Below, in pieces: positions 12,698-28,015 of a DNA stretch of 64,000 bases; position 1 is the stretch's first letter; each line of letters starts with the position of its first letter. Under the pieces are notes generated by a model. It saw only the letters and a program-made list of their open reading frames with translations, did no database searches and was not told the DNA's origin. This DNA is from Octopus sinensis (Eukaryota): assembly GCF_006345805.1 (NCBI RefSeq), contig NC_043007.1, forward strand, positions 1,860,001-1,924,000, read 5' to 3'. A program made the translations under genes and the position numbers.

Positions 12698-13611
12698 TTC
12701 AGTTGATATTTATTTACATTTATTCTATACTCCTGACATGGCATGGTTGGGTGGGGAGAAGTCTGCTTCTAAGCCACATGGTTCCAGGCTCAGACCCACT
12801 GTCTGGCACCTTGGGTAAGTGTCTTCTATTACAGCCTTGGGCCAACCAAAGCCTTGTGAGTGGATTTGGCAGACGGAAACTGAAGGAAGACTGTCACGTG
12901 TGCATGTGCACACAAGGCATGCGTCTTTACGTCTGTGTACTGCAACATCACTCGACAACCAGTGTTGGTGTGTTTGTGTCTCTATAACTTAGCAGTTTGG
13001 CAAAGGAGACCAATAAAATAAGTGCCAGGCTTAAACAAGCTGTGAGATTGATTCATTTGACTCAAATTCCTCAAGGCTGTACCCCTGCATGACCGGAGTA
13101 TAACAATGGCTGGAAGAGACAAAAGATAAAAGGTAGGACATACATATTTGCATAGACATTTATATACATATACACATGTACAAGCACACACACACACACA
13201 CATATGTGCATACCTATAAGTGTATACACACACATATGCATAGGTATATATATATACATATATATATATATTATGTGATAAGAATTTAAGAAGTTCGGGA
13301 ATGCAGTAACCTTCTACTTCCTAACTGAGGATTTTTTAAACCCAATATTGACATACTACTATTTATAGCTTTATCTGCTTCAAGTGCATACATACTTACA
13401 TGCATGCCTGCATACATACATACATACGTAATGGAACAGTAAACTCTCTATATATTTATATATAGACATATATATGTGTGTGTTGATGTGTGTTTGTAGA
13501 TTGATAGATAGATAGACAAACAGATGGGTAGATGGATTGAGAGATAGATGTGTACATTCATATACTGACGTATATATATTTACATATATATATATAGATA
13601 TATATATGATC

Positions 13612-13649
<38 letters not shown>

Positions 13650-13680
13650 ATATTATTTATATATATACACATTATATATA

Positions 13681-13730
<50 letters not shown>

Positions 13731-13747
13731 ATATATATATATATATA

Positions 13748-13813
<66 letters not shown>

Positions 13814-14454
13814 CATATAAATATACATATGCATATTATACTCATACATATATACATACATATATATGTATGTATGTATGTATGTATGTGTGTATGTATG
13901 TATGTATGTGTGTATGTGTGTTCTGTCTTCGTAATTAAAGTCGTGTTTGTTTCCCTATCGGGTAGTAATATTAGCTTTGATATACACCCAAAATGGTTGG
14001 CTTTAATCCAACATCTAAAGTGAGTTATTCAATAAAACCAAATTTTATCTACAAATAAAATTTCATTTTAGCTTTAATGGATAAACTGAAGCAGCATTTA
14101 CCAAAACCGAAACACATATTTTAGAAATTTTACGAGCTGGTGAAACTGAATTTATTATTATATTTTTCGAATATTGAATCAAGCTGGAGTATTGCGTTCC
14201 AGGGTTGCAGTCAATTGTGCATTGAACTTTGTATTTATTTTGATTCGCACATCATCAAATCGTTTTATGAAATTTTGACTTTATATCTAGCTTACCTCCC
14301 TTGTTAGGGAGTTATCTTTCTTGGGGGGCGGGATACCATTGGGAGTTTACATCATTAAGGATTCATACAAAAAAGGGGAAAGTTCATGCATGCACTTGTA
14401 CAATATGTATATGGGTGCATGTGTGTACACAGTTATACATCTACATACATATAC

Positions 14455-14625
14455 AGGGAGAGTTTACGAAAAAAATAAAAGACGAAGCCAGGTGGTGTAC
14501 AAAGCAAATAGATGTATTAGTATAACGCTCAGGATAGAAAAAGTCTTTTACATTTTGAGCCTACGCTCTTCCACAGAGAGGGACACAGAAAAAACAATGA
14601 GAGAAAAAAGGAGAGAAAAGTGCAC
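14455..14625 (-). mobile_element. family C copy
   Basis: Minus strand CTGTGGAAGAGCGTAGGCTCAAAATGTAAAAG plus the family C tail. Confidence 0.65.
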
Positions 14626-15299
14626 ACACACACACACACACACACTTACATATTTGATTATTGAGAGACAAGATGGCAGATATGAGAATGGTTTTTGATC
14701 ACTACACTTGTTTTGTCCCATCTAGCACTGATCCTGCACAACTGGTTTAGGTGTATCTGACAGTGTAGATGTGTCTCTTCAGGTGATTACAAAATGTATA
14801 TCATTAAAATAACAGCTATTCTCTAAGATATCTTCTCGGTTTGTCTATAGAAAAACATCAAATTAAAGGGTACAGCTTCATTTTTATACAAGATCAAAAA
14901 GTAAGGAATACACAATACAGTGGAAAAAGTATTAAATATAACTGTTAACAGATATGGATGTATAAAGCCCCTCGTATAAGTCCTATAGTGAACGTACACT
15001 TGCTCATACAAGCATCCACGAAGATAGCTACTCAGTGTTTATAAGAATGGGGAGGCTAGAGTTAATTCCATTCATCCATATCTTAAGGTAAATTATGATC
15101 ATTAATTTGGTTAACATTTACTCAAATTCATTTCCACTGCATTCTGTGAAAGTGCATTTATATGCATGTAAGCATCTTGAGAGACTTTAAGAAATTTTAT
15201 TAATGATCTCCTCACTGGTCTACAAAATAGACAGGGATTCCTCAGAGCAGAGTCTGCATCTCTTGGAAAAAGATATTATAGGTGTGCCTGATTTTGGTT

Positions 15300-15348
<49 letters not shown>

Positions 15349-15612
15349 GTGTGTGTGTATATATTGACATACTACTATTTATAGCTTTATCTGCTTCAAG
15401 TGCATACATACTTACATGCATGCCTGCATACATATATACGTAATGGAACAGTAAACTCTCTATATATTTATATATAGACATATATATGTGTGTGTTGATG
15501 TGTGTTTGTAGATAGATAGATAGACAGACAAACAGATGGGTAGATGGATTGATAGATAGATAGATAGGTATAGATAGATAGATAGGTAAATAGATGTGTG
15601 CATTCATATACT

Positions 15613-15722
<110 letters not shown>

Positions 15723-17484
15723 AAACACCATCATCATCACTTCACTGCTCACATGGTTTGAACAGTTTTATGGACAACAATTGTTTTCTGGTCCCATCCT
15801 TTCCTTATTGCTTTCCCCTTTAGTTGTGTCTTATGGTTTACACTAGTGTCATGTACTTACCTACAACTCAGATACACACATCTCTATAATCAAAGACATT
15901 TTTTAAAAGAAGAGCAAAACAATTTGATCAGCACATTTGTTCATCCATCCATCCATCCATTCATTCATCAATGATATTTGCAGGAAAGCTTGCGAATTCC
16001 TTTTGTCTTTTTTTTCTTATTCACTATGGATGGGCATGATGGGATTAATTATCATTTTACTTTTCTTTCTTAATAGGTAATTAATATCCCTGAAACAGCT
16101 GTAAGACCTTTTCTTGATAAATGTTATGAAATTTTTCTATCATTCATCATAAAGCTACAGCACCCTGTGTTCCATTCACTGAATTTTGCTTTAAGTTTTT
16201 CTTTTTATTGTCTACGAATACAACCCGAACAACGATGTAGTTGTGTAGCTCTAAAGCTATACAACAAAACATCTCAAGCAAAGGCTTTGTAACTTTTATT
16301 TTTTGACTCTTCTAAAGGCGACCTGTAGGTTATGGAGTTTTCAAATATAATATCTTCTTCTTTATGGAAAACTACAACTTAATTCTTAACTTACCCGTTT
16401 TAATACACTATCTCTCAGAAACCTTTGTGGACTTCTCATTTCTCTCTCTCTCTCTCTCTCTCTCTGCTTTGTTATTCACGTCTCTTACATATTCCAGAAT
16501 TTTATTTAGTTGTATATAAAACTATTGTCCGGTATTTCAGCCAACATATTTTTCTCATTGAGCTGCCCTCCAATATTACCTCACCTATTGCAGCTAAAGA
16601 AAACCACGAGGCTGTTGTCAATATATAGCTTGATAAAAGATCAAGTCTGTTGACCCAGTGCTGTATATCACATTTTCAACAATACTTATCTTTTGTTTCT
16701 TTTTTTATATTTTATTTTATTCTGTATTTTTTTTCTTCTTTTTATTATTCTTTTCAATTGTTGTTCTTGATTATTTATCTCTGCCCATTACATCATATTA
16801 CATTGCACAGACTGTTTATCTACCTGCAACCATTAAATATTATTCCACCCCTTCCACTTCAGTAGATGTTTTCGAAAAGCCTCTGATCAATGTTTGTGCG
16901 TGTCCTCCATTCCTGCCCACCACCACCACCACCACCTCAGCTCAAAATCAATACGTATATCAGAAATGTTAGATTTGTTATATAAACGAATGAAACTGTG
17001 TCAGTTATCCTGCATAGACGAGCTCTTGATTTGAGAAATCTCAGTTGTTCTTAATCCATCTTGTTTATCTGTCTGCTCGTTTCACCTAGAAATTACGCGG
17101 ATATCATGCAATGCAGAAATTGCATAATTCACAAAATAGAAAAATTTCCTATAATAAATAGATATATCCCTTTTACCATTTACCAACATTGTACCTTTCT
17201 CTCTCTCTCTCTCTCTTTTTTGTGTCTTTGTCTTTTGTTTTTCAAATATCATTAACTTCGTTATGCTTTAGTAGGTAATTGAATCAGTCTAATTACACTT
17301 AATAGGGTTGACAGTTTGTTTCACCAAAATAATTATTCTGATAAATAATTCTGAAAATTGAATAAACGCTGATAATAAACAATAGAGTTCCTGTTACCAT
17401 TGTTATACCGATTTTCAAATGCCAGTGACTTATCAGTGTGCTTTTAATAGGTAATTAACGTTGTTGCCTAAGTAACTTGATGTG

Positions 17485-17735
17485 GACGTACGTGGCTTAG
17501 TGGTTAGGGTGTTGGACTCATGATCGTAAGGCTGTGGTTTCGATTCCTGGACCGGGTGATGCATTGTGTTCTTGAGCAGAACACTTCATTTCACGTTGCT
17601 TCAGTTAACTCTGCTGGTACAAATGAGTAACCCTGTGATGGATCGGTGCCCCATCCAGGTGGGGAATTTCTGTGCCACTGAGATTTGGGAACCGGCACTT
17701 ATGATCCTGGCATGGCTGGAGAAGAAAACATGTCT
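17485..17735 (+). mobile_element. tRNA-derived SINE
   Basis: A box tggcttagtgg, B box gtttcgattcc, body with cctgtgatggatcggtgccccatccagg. Confidence 0.65.
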
Positions 17736-17751
17736 TTTTTTTTTTTTCTTA

Positions 17752-18020
17752 GTGGAGGCACATGGCCTAGTGGTTAGAGCAGTGGCTTCGCAGTCAGGGG
17801 ATCGCAAGTTCAAATCTCAGACCGGGTGATGTGAGTGTTTATGAGTGAAACACCTAAGCTCCACGCGGCTCCAGCAGGAGGTAATGGCAAACTTCTGCTG
17901 ACCCTTTCACCACAACTTTCTCTCACTCTTTCCTCCTGCATCTAGCAGTTCACCTGCAATGGACCGGCATCCCATCCAGGTGACGAACCTATGTGCTAAT
18001 GAAAACGGTAAACTGGTCAA
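17752..18020 (+). mobile_element. tRNA-derived SINE, related to 35567-35855
   Basis: gtggaggcacatggcctagtggttagagcag head, then gaccggg...gagtgtttatgagtgaaacacctaagctccacg. Confidence 0.65.
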
Positions 18021-18155
18021 GAAGGAACAAAAAACAAGTAACTTAATGGGGTTGCTATGACGATGTGATACATATTCAGACCCAAATCCACTTTTGATCA
18101 ATTTCAATTCTTCATTGGTATTTATTTTTCCTTTTTCTTCTTCCCTTTTCTTCAG

Positions 18156-18266
18156 GTGTGTCAACATACGCATGCAGGTATGAGGAGCTGGGGAGCTGAA
18201 GCTATAACTTCTTTAGTAAAAGCTGCACTAAATCACACCTATGATCCATCTTTGCATAGCAACTTG
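18156..18266 (+). CDS. MON2: MON2 homolog, internal coding exon (phase 0/0)
   Basis: Polypyrimidine tract + ttcag acceptor, gtgagt donor. Encodes VCQHTHAGMRSWGAEAITSLVKAALNHTYDPSLHSNL, matching my recollection of vertebrate MON2 [24 protein letters not shown]. Confidence 0.93.
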
Positions 18267-18405
18267 GTGAGTAACTCGGCTTTCATTCACTTTTGTAACA
18301 CCTTTTGTCTCCCTAATATTTACCTAATCACACAAGTCTGTCATCAAATTAATCCTCTACTGCTAATTCTGATAGTTGTATCATTATTACTGTGGATTAT
18401 CATTG

Positions 18406-18440
<35 letters not shown>

Positions 18441-18644
18441 TTAATATCTACTTTTCCATGGTTGCATGGTTCAGATGTGATTTATTGAGTAAGATTCCTA
18501 CAGCAAGATGCTCTTCCTGTTGCCCACCCTTACTTATTTCCAAGCAAGGTAATATTTCTCCCAAATCCTGGCAGTGTTTTCACTGACGATCACTGTTTAC
18601 AATTAGGATGCAGTGTCAAGACCAGGAGACAAGAACAGACAGAC

Positions 18645-18669
18645 ATACACACACACACATATATATGTG

Positions 18670-18739
<70 letters not shown>

Positions 18740-18842
18740 TATATATATACACACATATATATATACACACATATATATATACACATATATATATATACAC
18801 ATATATATATATACACACACATATATATATATATACACACAG

Positions 18843-18937
<95 letters not shown>

Positions 18938-19020
18938 TACACACACACACACACATATATATATGTTAGTTCTCTATACACACACATATATACATACACA
19001 CACACACACACACACACACA
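18645..19020. repeat. (TA)n/(CA)n compound microsatellite
   Basis: Direct reading; many similar tracts occur window-wide (e.g. 6520-6720, 13570-13915, 53985-54420). Confidence 0.95.
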
Positions 19021-19692
19021 CTTCCTTTCTGTTTCTGCCCCCGAAATTCCCATGCAAGACTTTGGTCATCCTATGAATACAGCCACAGAGGCTTACTCAA
19101 GGTGCCATCTAATGGTACTGAACTGAAACTGATGTAGATGCAAAGAGAACTTCTTATCCAAATAGCCATGTTTACCATTTTAATTATTTACATTTCCTTG
19201 TTGATCTTTTATGCATGGCACTGTATTCTTCAATGCAACCCTAAACACATCTTGTCTCCTGGATCGAAAGCTTCCTAGAAGATCATAAGATATAACAGGC
19301 AACAGTTTTCAGTTATGATATCTTTAAAAAAGTCCTGTGATTTTTACATAAGAATGGATCCAATTTAATAACTTTGCACCAGATGTAAGAACTCTCAGCT
19401 GATAAAATATGTTTATCAGTTTCTAATGGAAAATCATTGAAAAAGCTCTCTTAGTGGAAGCACGATGTTCTTTTCATTGCCTAAAGTGCTCCACATATCA
19501 GAATTAGATTAGGAATCTTAAAGAAATGCCTTCAAATTGAAATCTAATTAGTTTCTATGGAATAATCCTATTCCTTTTATTCAAATAGACTTTTACTTTT
19601 TATTTATTTATTTTATTTTACAAATTTTCTAAATTTACTAAAGAAATTGCCAAAAGATTTATTCTTGGAATATTTTCTAATTTCTTTACCAG

Positions 19693-19868
19693 AAACTTCA
19701 GGCTGCAATTCTGGCACCACTCCAGAAGTTGTCATCCATTACTCATGCTGACATTCGACAAAAGCAGTTGGACTGTGTCTTCCAGATTTTGCATAGTAAT
19801 GGAGATACATTGCTCCATGGGTGGCCCTTGGTGTTAGGGGTAATTGGAGCGCTTAATAACGATCAAAG
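19693..19868 (+). CDS. MON2: MON2 homolog, internal coding exon (phase 0/2)
   Basis: ttaccag acceptor, gtttgt donor. Encodes [58 protein letters not shown], matching MON2 ...[41 protein letters not shown]. Missed by the ORF track. Confidence 0.93.
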
Positions 19869-19991
19869 GTTTGTTTAATTGTTTTGTTTTATAATTCTAT
19901 ATTTTCTGCATGAATTCCATTCTCTTTTAATCTAGCTGTATTTTGAAGATTACTTCTCTAGTAAAAGTAAAATAATTTTGCAAAACTTTAA

Positions 19992-20235
19992 GAATGGTCG
20001 AGACAATGGAACTTACTATGTTACGCCAGACTTCACGGTCCATCATAGCATTACGGAGGTCCTCTTGCTGGATGCCTGTATCCCTGGAGATTATATCAGG
20101 GTAGGAGAGTGTGCGCCCCCTGGTATCGCGAGCGGATGGCTTCCAGAGGAGAAGAGTGGAAATTACCTTGTTTTCAGCTCTACAACAATGTCCAGCAAAC
20201 TGGACTCTTCTACCCTTTCACAAGAGATGATACAG
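19992..20235 (-). mobile_element. RTE/RTE-X-type LINE ORF C-terminal remnant
   Basis: Minus strand reads RVQFAGHCCRAENKVISTLLLWKPSARDTRGRTLSYPDIISRDTGIQQEDLRNAMMDREVWRNIV, the typical RTE-like C-terminus. Confidence 0.7.
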
Positions 20236-20314
20236 ATGAGATTTGAACTCAGAATAGAAGATGCTGGTCTAGACATAAATGGAATTTTATCTGATGCTCC
20301 AGGTGTTACTCTTT

Positions 20315-20722
20315 ACTCTTTTACTTGTTTCAGTCATTTGACTGCGGCCATGTTGGAGCACCGCCTTTAATCAAGCAAATCAACCCCGGGACTTATTCTT
20401 TGTAAGCCCAGTACTTATTCTATCGGTCTCTTTTGCCGAACCGCTAAGTGACGGGGACGTAAACACACCAGCATCGGTTGTCAAGCAATGCTAGGGGGAC
20501 AAACACAGACACACAAACACACACACACACATACATATATACATATATATATACATATATACGACAGGCTTCTTTTCAGTTTCCGTCTACCAAATCCACT
20601 CACAAGGCATTGGTCGGCCTGGGGCTATAGCAGAAGACACTTGCCCCAGATGCCACGCAGTGGGACTGAACCCAGAATCATGTGGTTGGTTAGCAAGCTA
20701 CTTACCACACAGCCACTCCTGC
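20315..20722 (-). mobile_element. CORE-type SINE, minus copy
   Basis: Reverse complement of the 2239-2625 family. Other minus copies near 23405-23810, 30312-30685, 33773-33975, 35195-35352, 42438-42855, 44520-44760, 57420-57846. Confidence 0.75.
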
Positions 20723-21899
20723 GCCTGATGTTTATGCAATTTCACGATTTTTTTTTTATAAGGATCACTGAACTTTGTGATGAAAGATCTCCCTCGTCTT
20801 TTATAAACTTCAACATTCTAAATAAATTTTTGCTTACTCTGCATGCAAATTCTGTAACTACACATGGAAATTTCAATGCTATGAAAAAATGAATCTATGA
20901 TTTAGTATTGAGATTTAATTTTTCCTTCTCTTTACCTCATAAAATATTTTTGTATGATTAAAATTGAATTTTTATTGGAATCGGTGACACAACAAGAAGC
21001 CTTTAAATCTTCCCGATGACACTTAAATCAAATATTTTATATCAGTTACAATCTAGGAGAACACAGCTAATGCTCCTCTTTCTTTTCGTTTGTTCACTTT
21101 ATTTATTGACGATTTGGCAAACTAATTTACAATCAGAAAGTTTCAACAGACATTTGTGTGTGTGTGTGTGTGAACGTATACTTTATCAATGTTTCATTAT
21201 CTGATATCACTCTCTACATTGTTTAGAACAAATCTCATTGCCTGTTCATTTGGTTTTTATGTCCAGTTTTTCCTACACTAGCATGGGGCAAATGTTCTAG
21301 GTATGGTTTGGAACTGCATCCATTAGTGGGGCCCCAGTTTAGTAGTTCTATCTAGTGTTTTGAGAAGTGTGGAGCAACCTCTCAACCACTATTCATCATC
21401 GTCATCATCATCGTTTAACATCCGTTTTCCATGCTGGCATGGGTTGGTCGGTTCGACCAGGGTCTGGGAAGCCAGGAGGCTGCACCAGGCTCCAGTCTGA
21501 TCTGGCAGTGTTTCTACAGCTGGATGCCCTTCCTAATGCCAACCACTCCTTGAGTGTAGTGGGTGCTTTTTACGTGCCACCAGCGCACAAGGCAGCACTG
21601 GCATCAGCCATGTTCAGATGGTGCTTTTTACGTGCCACCGGCACATGTATCACAACTACAATTTCCATTTGATTTTTTGATGTTGATATACTTGATTCAG
21701 TAGGTCTTCTCAAGCACAGCAGGTCGCCCTATGATTCAAGGTAAGCACAGCAGGCCGTTCTGCGATCCAAGACACTTTGGATGGGCTGGGACTTCTATGT
21801 GAAGCTGGGTCAGGAACTAGTTCTACATTGACCTGGAGTAATAGCACCTTTCAGGATCTCAGCCATGGGTAAATCTGCAAATCAGTGTGGTAAATTGAT

Positions 21900-22290
21900 C
21901 TGATTAGTGTGTGGGTGGGACTCAACCTGTGTAGGAGATTCAGAGAGATTTCAAACTAATTCTAGCAACTCTTGTAACACTGCAGGTGTCAAATTGTGCT
22001 GTTTCTTTGGATTCATCAGTGATGTACAGAAAGGTGTGTGAGGGAATGCTGCAGGGGTAACATCCTGTCACCCATACCGTATTCTCCAGGCTTGGATCCT
22101 GTTGAATAATCCACACTGGAGTGGTGGAAATTACAACTGAAACATCACTGGGACAGCTCATAAGTTGTAGCTTATGTGACAGAGACTGCCCTTCAAGCAT
22201 TGGACTGTTCAGCACTCGGCAAATGCTGGACCAGTGGGACAGACAACTAAGGCCTTCGTCCATTGTCATTGATGACCAGTGGAGGCCTCA
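21900..22290 (+). mobile_element. degenerate RTE/BovB-like 3' remnant
   Basis: CSLCDRDCPSSIGLFS resembles the RTE-BovB C-terminal CxxC...SRIGLxSH motif. Confidence 0.4.
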
Positions 22291-22505
22291 GGTGTCTGGG
22301 ATAGACATGTGTTCTTGTTTGTCTTTTAGGTTTTACTCATTACAGTCATGGGGCCACTGCCATACTGGGGCACCACCTTGAAAAGCTTGGTTAATTGAGA
22401 TCAACCCTAATACTTACTTTTAAGCCTAGTTCTTATTCTGTCAGTTTCTTGTGCTGAACTGCTAAGTTATAGAGATGTAAATAGATCAATATTGGTGGGC
22501 GAGAT

Positions 22506-22549
<44 letters not shown>

Positions 22550-22597
22550 CAGCCCTGGCAACGATCATGCTCACATGGTGCTTTTATATATATTATT

Positions 22598-22633
<36 letters not shown>

Positions 22634-22714
22634 TCTGACATATAATGGGCTCCATACAGTTTATGTCTACCAAATGCCTTCAAAAGACCTTTGCCACACA
22701 CATATATATATATT

Positions 22715-22940
22715 TCTTTACTACCCACAAGGGGCTAAACAAAGACGGGACAAACAAGGACAGACAAACGGATTAAGTCGATTATATAGACCCCAGTGTG
22801 TAACTGGTACTTATTTAATCGACCCCGAAAGGATGAAAGGCAAAGTCGACCTCGGCGGGATTTGAACTCAGAATGTAGCAGCAGACGAAATACCGCTTAG
22901 CATTTCGCCCGACGTGCTAACGCTTCTACCAGCTCGCCGC
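22715..22940 (-). mobile_element. Meta-like SINE with head
   Basis: Reverse complement of head plus one unit. Confidence 0.75.
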
Positions 22941-23864
22941 CACACACACACACATATATATTACCATCATCATCATAACCTCGTTTGAGACAACCCCTTT
23001 TTCTAGAATTATAATTTTTTTTTTTTAAGTTACCTAAATTAAACCCTAACAACAAATCTTGTGGCATGACGAGGATCTACCCCACAGACTTACCCTTTAA
23101 CGAAAGGGTATGTGTCCTACCCCAAACTGACAGTGAAACAGAAGCAAAGATCTCCTTAGCTAGAAATAGACTCCAACATATCTTAGACCAATACAACAAA
23201 CCCACTAAAAAACATGGTGGTGGTGGGGGACCCATCAACTCAGCTCATCTGTTGACCAAATCCGCAAACAAAACTAAATTAAAACATTATATCAAAATTT
23301 CTCGTTAATTCATGCTTCTGACACCAGCTTAATTATGACAAATTTATTTTGTGATTTCTTTTTTTTTTTGCTATTTTCAATTAATTGAAAAAGAAGCAGC
23401 ATATACTCTTTACTCTCTTTTACTTGTTTCAGTCATTTGACTGCAGCCATGCTGGAGCACCGCCTTTAGTCGAGCAAATCGACCCCGGGACTTATTCTTT
23501 GTAAGCCCAGTACTTATTCTATCGGTCTCTTTTGCCAACACGCTAAGTGACGGGGACATAAACACACCAGCATCGGTTGTCAAGCAATGCTAGGGGGACA
23601 AACACAGACACACAAACATATACACACACACATATATATATACATATATACGACAGGCTTCTTTCAGTTTCCGTCTACCAAATCCACTCACAAGGTATTG
23701 GTCGGCCCGGGGCTATAACAGAAGACACTTGCCCAAGATGCCACGCAGTGGGACTGTACCCGGAACCATGTGGTTGGTTAGCTGCTACTTACCACACAGC
23801 CACTCCTGCACCTATATATATATATTATATATATTATGCATATATATATGTATATATATATGTG

Positions 23865-23921
<57 letters not shown>

Positions 23922-24365
23922 CCTTAAAATTATTATTTGTGGGAATAATAACTTTATAATTATAAAAGGTGTGTTTTTTTCTAATTATTTATATATATAT
24001 ACAACCATATTTATTTCTTTATATACTATTTATAATTTAATTAGATTTCCCCAATCAGTATAATTACACACTTTCTGCATATTATTAAGTTGAAGATTCC
24101 TTAATGCATCTTCATATCATTACAACTGATTCAATTTAGATTTCAAATATGAAAAATCTCCATCCCAGTTTCATCATTTCGATGCCATCATCCATGCCCT
24201 AACGATTTACAGCTTGTTTTGGTGTAAGGTGGTTTCTAGTTTCCTATATTGAAAATTGCCGCACCAGTCAACATCTGGAGAACAACTTTGATGTGGCATT
24301 AGTAAGAAACCTGCCAAAGATCTCTCCTTGTTTTCATTGTACCATAACAAATCAATCACACCCTT

Positions 24366-24847
24366 TAACCCTTTCATTACCAACCCGGCTGAAACTACCT
24401 CTGGCTCTGAGTATAAATGTCTTGTTTCCATGAGTTTTGAATTAAAATCTTCCACCAAACCTTTGTCACAATTTATATTCCTAACACTAGCTTAATGATA
24501 ACCAAGTTATTTTACTAAATTCTTTGTTATATTTTGAAATTAATTGAAAGAAACACAGAGCCTCTCAAACAGAAATATGGTAATGAAAGGGTTAAAATAT
24601 ATAATAGAGAAGCAATTCTTAACCTTTTTGATACTAACCTGGCTGAAAGTGGCTCTGGATCTGAGTACAAATGTCTTGTTTTCAAAAGTTCTGAATTAAA
24701 ATCTTCCACCAAACTTAAGTCACAATTTATATTCCTAACACTAGCTTAATGATAACTAAATTATTTTACTAAATTCTTTGTTATATTTAAAGTAATTGAA
24801 AGAAACACAGAGCATTTTAAAATAAATACAGTAATGAAAGGGTTAAA
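24366..24847. mobile_element. tandem dimer of the same piggyBac-like MITE
   Basis: Two units joined by aatatataatagagaagcaattc. Confidence 0.8.
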
Positions 24848-26620
24848 GAAATAGCATGCAATATAAGTCAGGTCTTCTTATTGTTGTTAATAATTGTGCT
24901 TTGTCTTGAAATGCACTTTTGAAATTTTAAGTTATCTGCTCAGTTGGAATTTGTAGAACTACTAGATTTTTGGATCCATCCACTTCAGAGTCTTATCGTC
25001 TTTAGATGGATCTTCTTTGTTGTTTCGAAACACAAACTTCGGAATGACTTAGAAACCAAACCAATAATGGCTTTAACTAGTTATCCAAGTCAATTTCGGT
25101 GTGGAAATAACTGTTAGATATTGATTTCGAACGTACCATTATATTCAAAAATTAATTCTCCATAGCTTTTAAAGCAGTTGAATATAAGCTTTATAATGTT
25201 TTATTGCCCATAAAAGGCACACGTATAAAAGTGTTTTATTGGCTATAAGGAGCAAATAAATAAAAATTATTGATGGTCGACATTTCTTGTTTTGATTTCA
25301 CCATGGAATGGCTGCTCTGTGGTAATAAGGAAGAAAGTGCCAAAGCAAGTGTGATTACATCTTTCATCTTTCTATCTGGAATTACATCAGTTTCTTTAGA
25401 TCCAAAGCTGTATAAAAAATATAATAAAGCTGGTTTGCGTCATTCATATGTATTTTTTTTATATTTTAAACATAATTCTACTTATATTTATGTTCCATCT
25501 CAATATGAATGAATTGGTAAAAAGAACTAAAAAGATTATATTAACTAAGCATACAAAATATTTTTTATATTCCATCATTTTCTTTCATTTTACACTCATC
25601 TGTCCTTTCTTTCATCCATCCATCCATTTTGCACCTCCCGTAAAAACAAATATACATACATATGTATATTGCGCAAGCATCCATAAATCTGTATACACAA
25701 GCTCCTGATGCAGACATACTGTGCACCATTAGCTTTTAGTTTATCCATGGTATAAAAAGGATTACTTTTTTTATGGAAGAATTGCTCTTTTAGTTTTTAT
25801 AGGTATTAATTTTATTATATGTTTGCTCTATCTCCCTGTTCAGGTATCTCAATTTTGTTATACAAAGGAAATGTATGCTAGCTTAGGTTACCAAATACAT
25901 TTAACGTGTTGATGGGTGAAAACCTTGTTCGTACATTAATTTAAGTTCTTGAGAATGTCCCAGTGATTCCATCAGTTTCTTGTGTCCACAAACAACTCGC
26001 AGTCCGTATAATATTGTCGGCATCGAGAATGTTTGGGGATAAATTTGCAGGTTGTCATAAAACCCATGAGAGACTGTGCAAATATATCCGTGTGGGTGGG
26101 GGGGGGGTGATCTGTCAAGTGGTTTACCTGCTCGTGGTCCTTGTTAGGCATTCATTACGGCCCATTGAACATACTTGAAATAACTACTCAAATAAACATG
26201 GATAAAATTCGCAAATCAAGCTGTCACTCTGGTACACACACATGCACACATGCACACATGTACACACTCTTACATGCATACACCCACGCAAACACTAACT
26301 CAACCTGCTGGCTTTTTCAAAGATATGTTGGAATCATGCTAAGAAATTTTGTTGCAAAAACATGCAATGTTTGGTGGGTGTGCATGTGCAAACGTGTTTC
26401 CATTTTGGATTCATTAAATTTACAACCGCAATGCGACCTAAGCATCTCCTATCAATCTGCTTTTTACAATTCATTTCACCAACATAGCGTTCCATTTTCT
26501 GATGACCTGATGTGCTCCTTTGTACGATTTTAAACCATGCTGTATGTTTAGCCTATCTTTCAATATAATCATAATTGTTATGAACTTTTGACTTATTCTG
26601 ATGCTGAAACATAATAAATA

Positions 26621-26688
<68 letters not shown>

Positions 26689-26861
26689 TATGACAGTAAT
26701 AATAATAATAATTATAATAATAGATTGATTGCAGTCTTGTCCACAATGTAGAATATTTGAAAGAAAAGGCATTCCTCTTATATTTACAAATATGTATGTG
26801 TATACATAATACATACATCTACACACACTCAGGCATCAATGAGTTTGTACAAGTATGCATG

Positions 26862-26893
<32 letters not shown>

Positions 26894-26930
26894 TGTATGT
26901 ATGTATGTATGTATGTATATCTATGTGTAC

Positions 26931-26965
<35 letters not shown>

Positions 26966-27469
26966 TGTATATTCTGCATGTGAGTGTATGTGTATATATA
27001 TATAAATGTGTGTGTGTGAGTGTAAGTGTAGACATACACACACACAGAGGCATGCATTGATGTAGTCAAACTAGTTATCATTTTGGTTGTTATAGTCACG
27101 TTATAATGGCCATTGTCCTTTCTGGCCGTCTTCAGCTGCCTCTTGTATTCAGAACCATTCTCAGAATTTCAAGCTGATTCATTAATAAAATCCAGGAGAC
27201 AGAATGCAATTTGCATCCTTACCATTCTTTTTCCTTCATCATGGCATTTGGCTAATTTCAAAAAGTTTGAAACCATCATCTCTCTCTCTATTAAACATGT
27301 CATTTTGCCTCTTCCCCCGTTTCCAGTACTTGTAGGACCCTTCCAGGGATAGTTGATGGCCTGGCTTCCCTAAGGAAATAAACTCTGCTAATCAAAGAGC
27401 ATGATCCTTAAGACTTACATGTTGCACCTGTCTTTTGATTGATTTCCTGACTTTTCCTCTGGACGAAAC

Positions 27470-28015
27470 GCTAAGTGGTATTTCGTCTGCCGTTTACGTT
27501 CTGAGTTCAAATTCCGCCGAGGTCGACTTTGTCTTTCAACCTTACGGGGTTGATTAAATAAGTACCAGTTATGTACTGGGGTCAATACAATCAATTTAAT
27601 CCATTTGTCTGTCCTTGTTTATCCTCTCTGTGTTTAGCCCCTTGTGGGTAGTAAAGAAATAGGTATTTTGTCTGCCACTACGTTCTGAGTTCAAATTCCA
27701 CCACGGTTGACTTTGCCTTTCATCCTTTCGGGGTCGATAAATTAAATACCAGTTACGCACTGGGATCAATGAAATTGACTTAATCCCTTTATCTGTCCTT
27801 GTTTGTCCCTTCTATGTTTAGCCCCTTGTGGGTAGTAAAGAAATAGGTATTTCACCCACCTTTACGTTCTGAGTTCAAATTCCACCACAGTTGACTTTGC
27901 CTTTCATCCCTTTGGAGTCGATAAATTAAGTACCAGTGGAATACTGGGGTCAATGTAATCAATTAATCCCCTCCCCAGAAATTTCAAAGCCTTGTACCTT
28001 CAGTAGAAAGGATTT
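27470..28015 (+). mobile_element. Meta-like SINE multimer (about 3 units)
   Basis: Same core and linker; ends in the terminal tail ccctccccagaaatttcaaagccttgtacc. Confidence 0.75.

Noticed and set aside
19978-20370. 130-aa + strand ORF next to a MON2 exon
   Set aside because: It is the antisense of an RTE-like C-terminal remnant running into a SINE; no splice-compatible MON2 similarity.
22001-22019. Minus-strand CTGATGAATCCAAAGAAAC
   Set aside because: Stem II cannot pair and no closing stems were found.
23066-23308. 80-aa non-repetitive ORF
   Set aside because: No recognisable motif or splice context; inside a MON2 intron.
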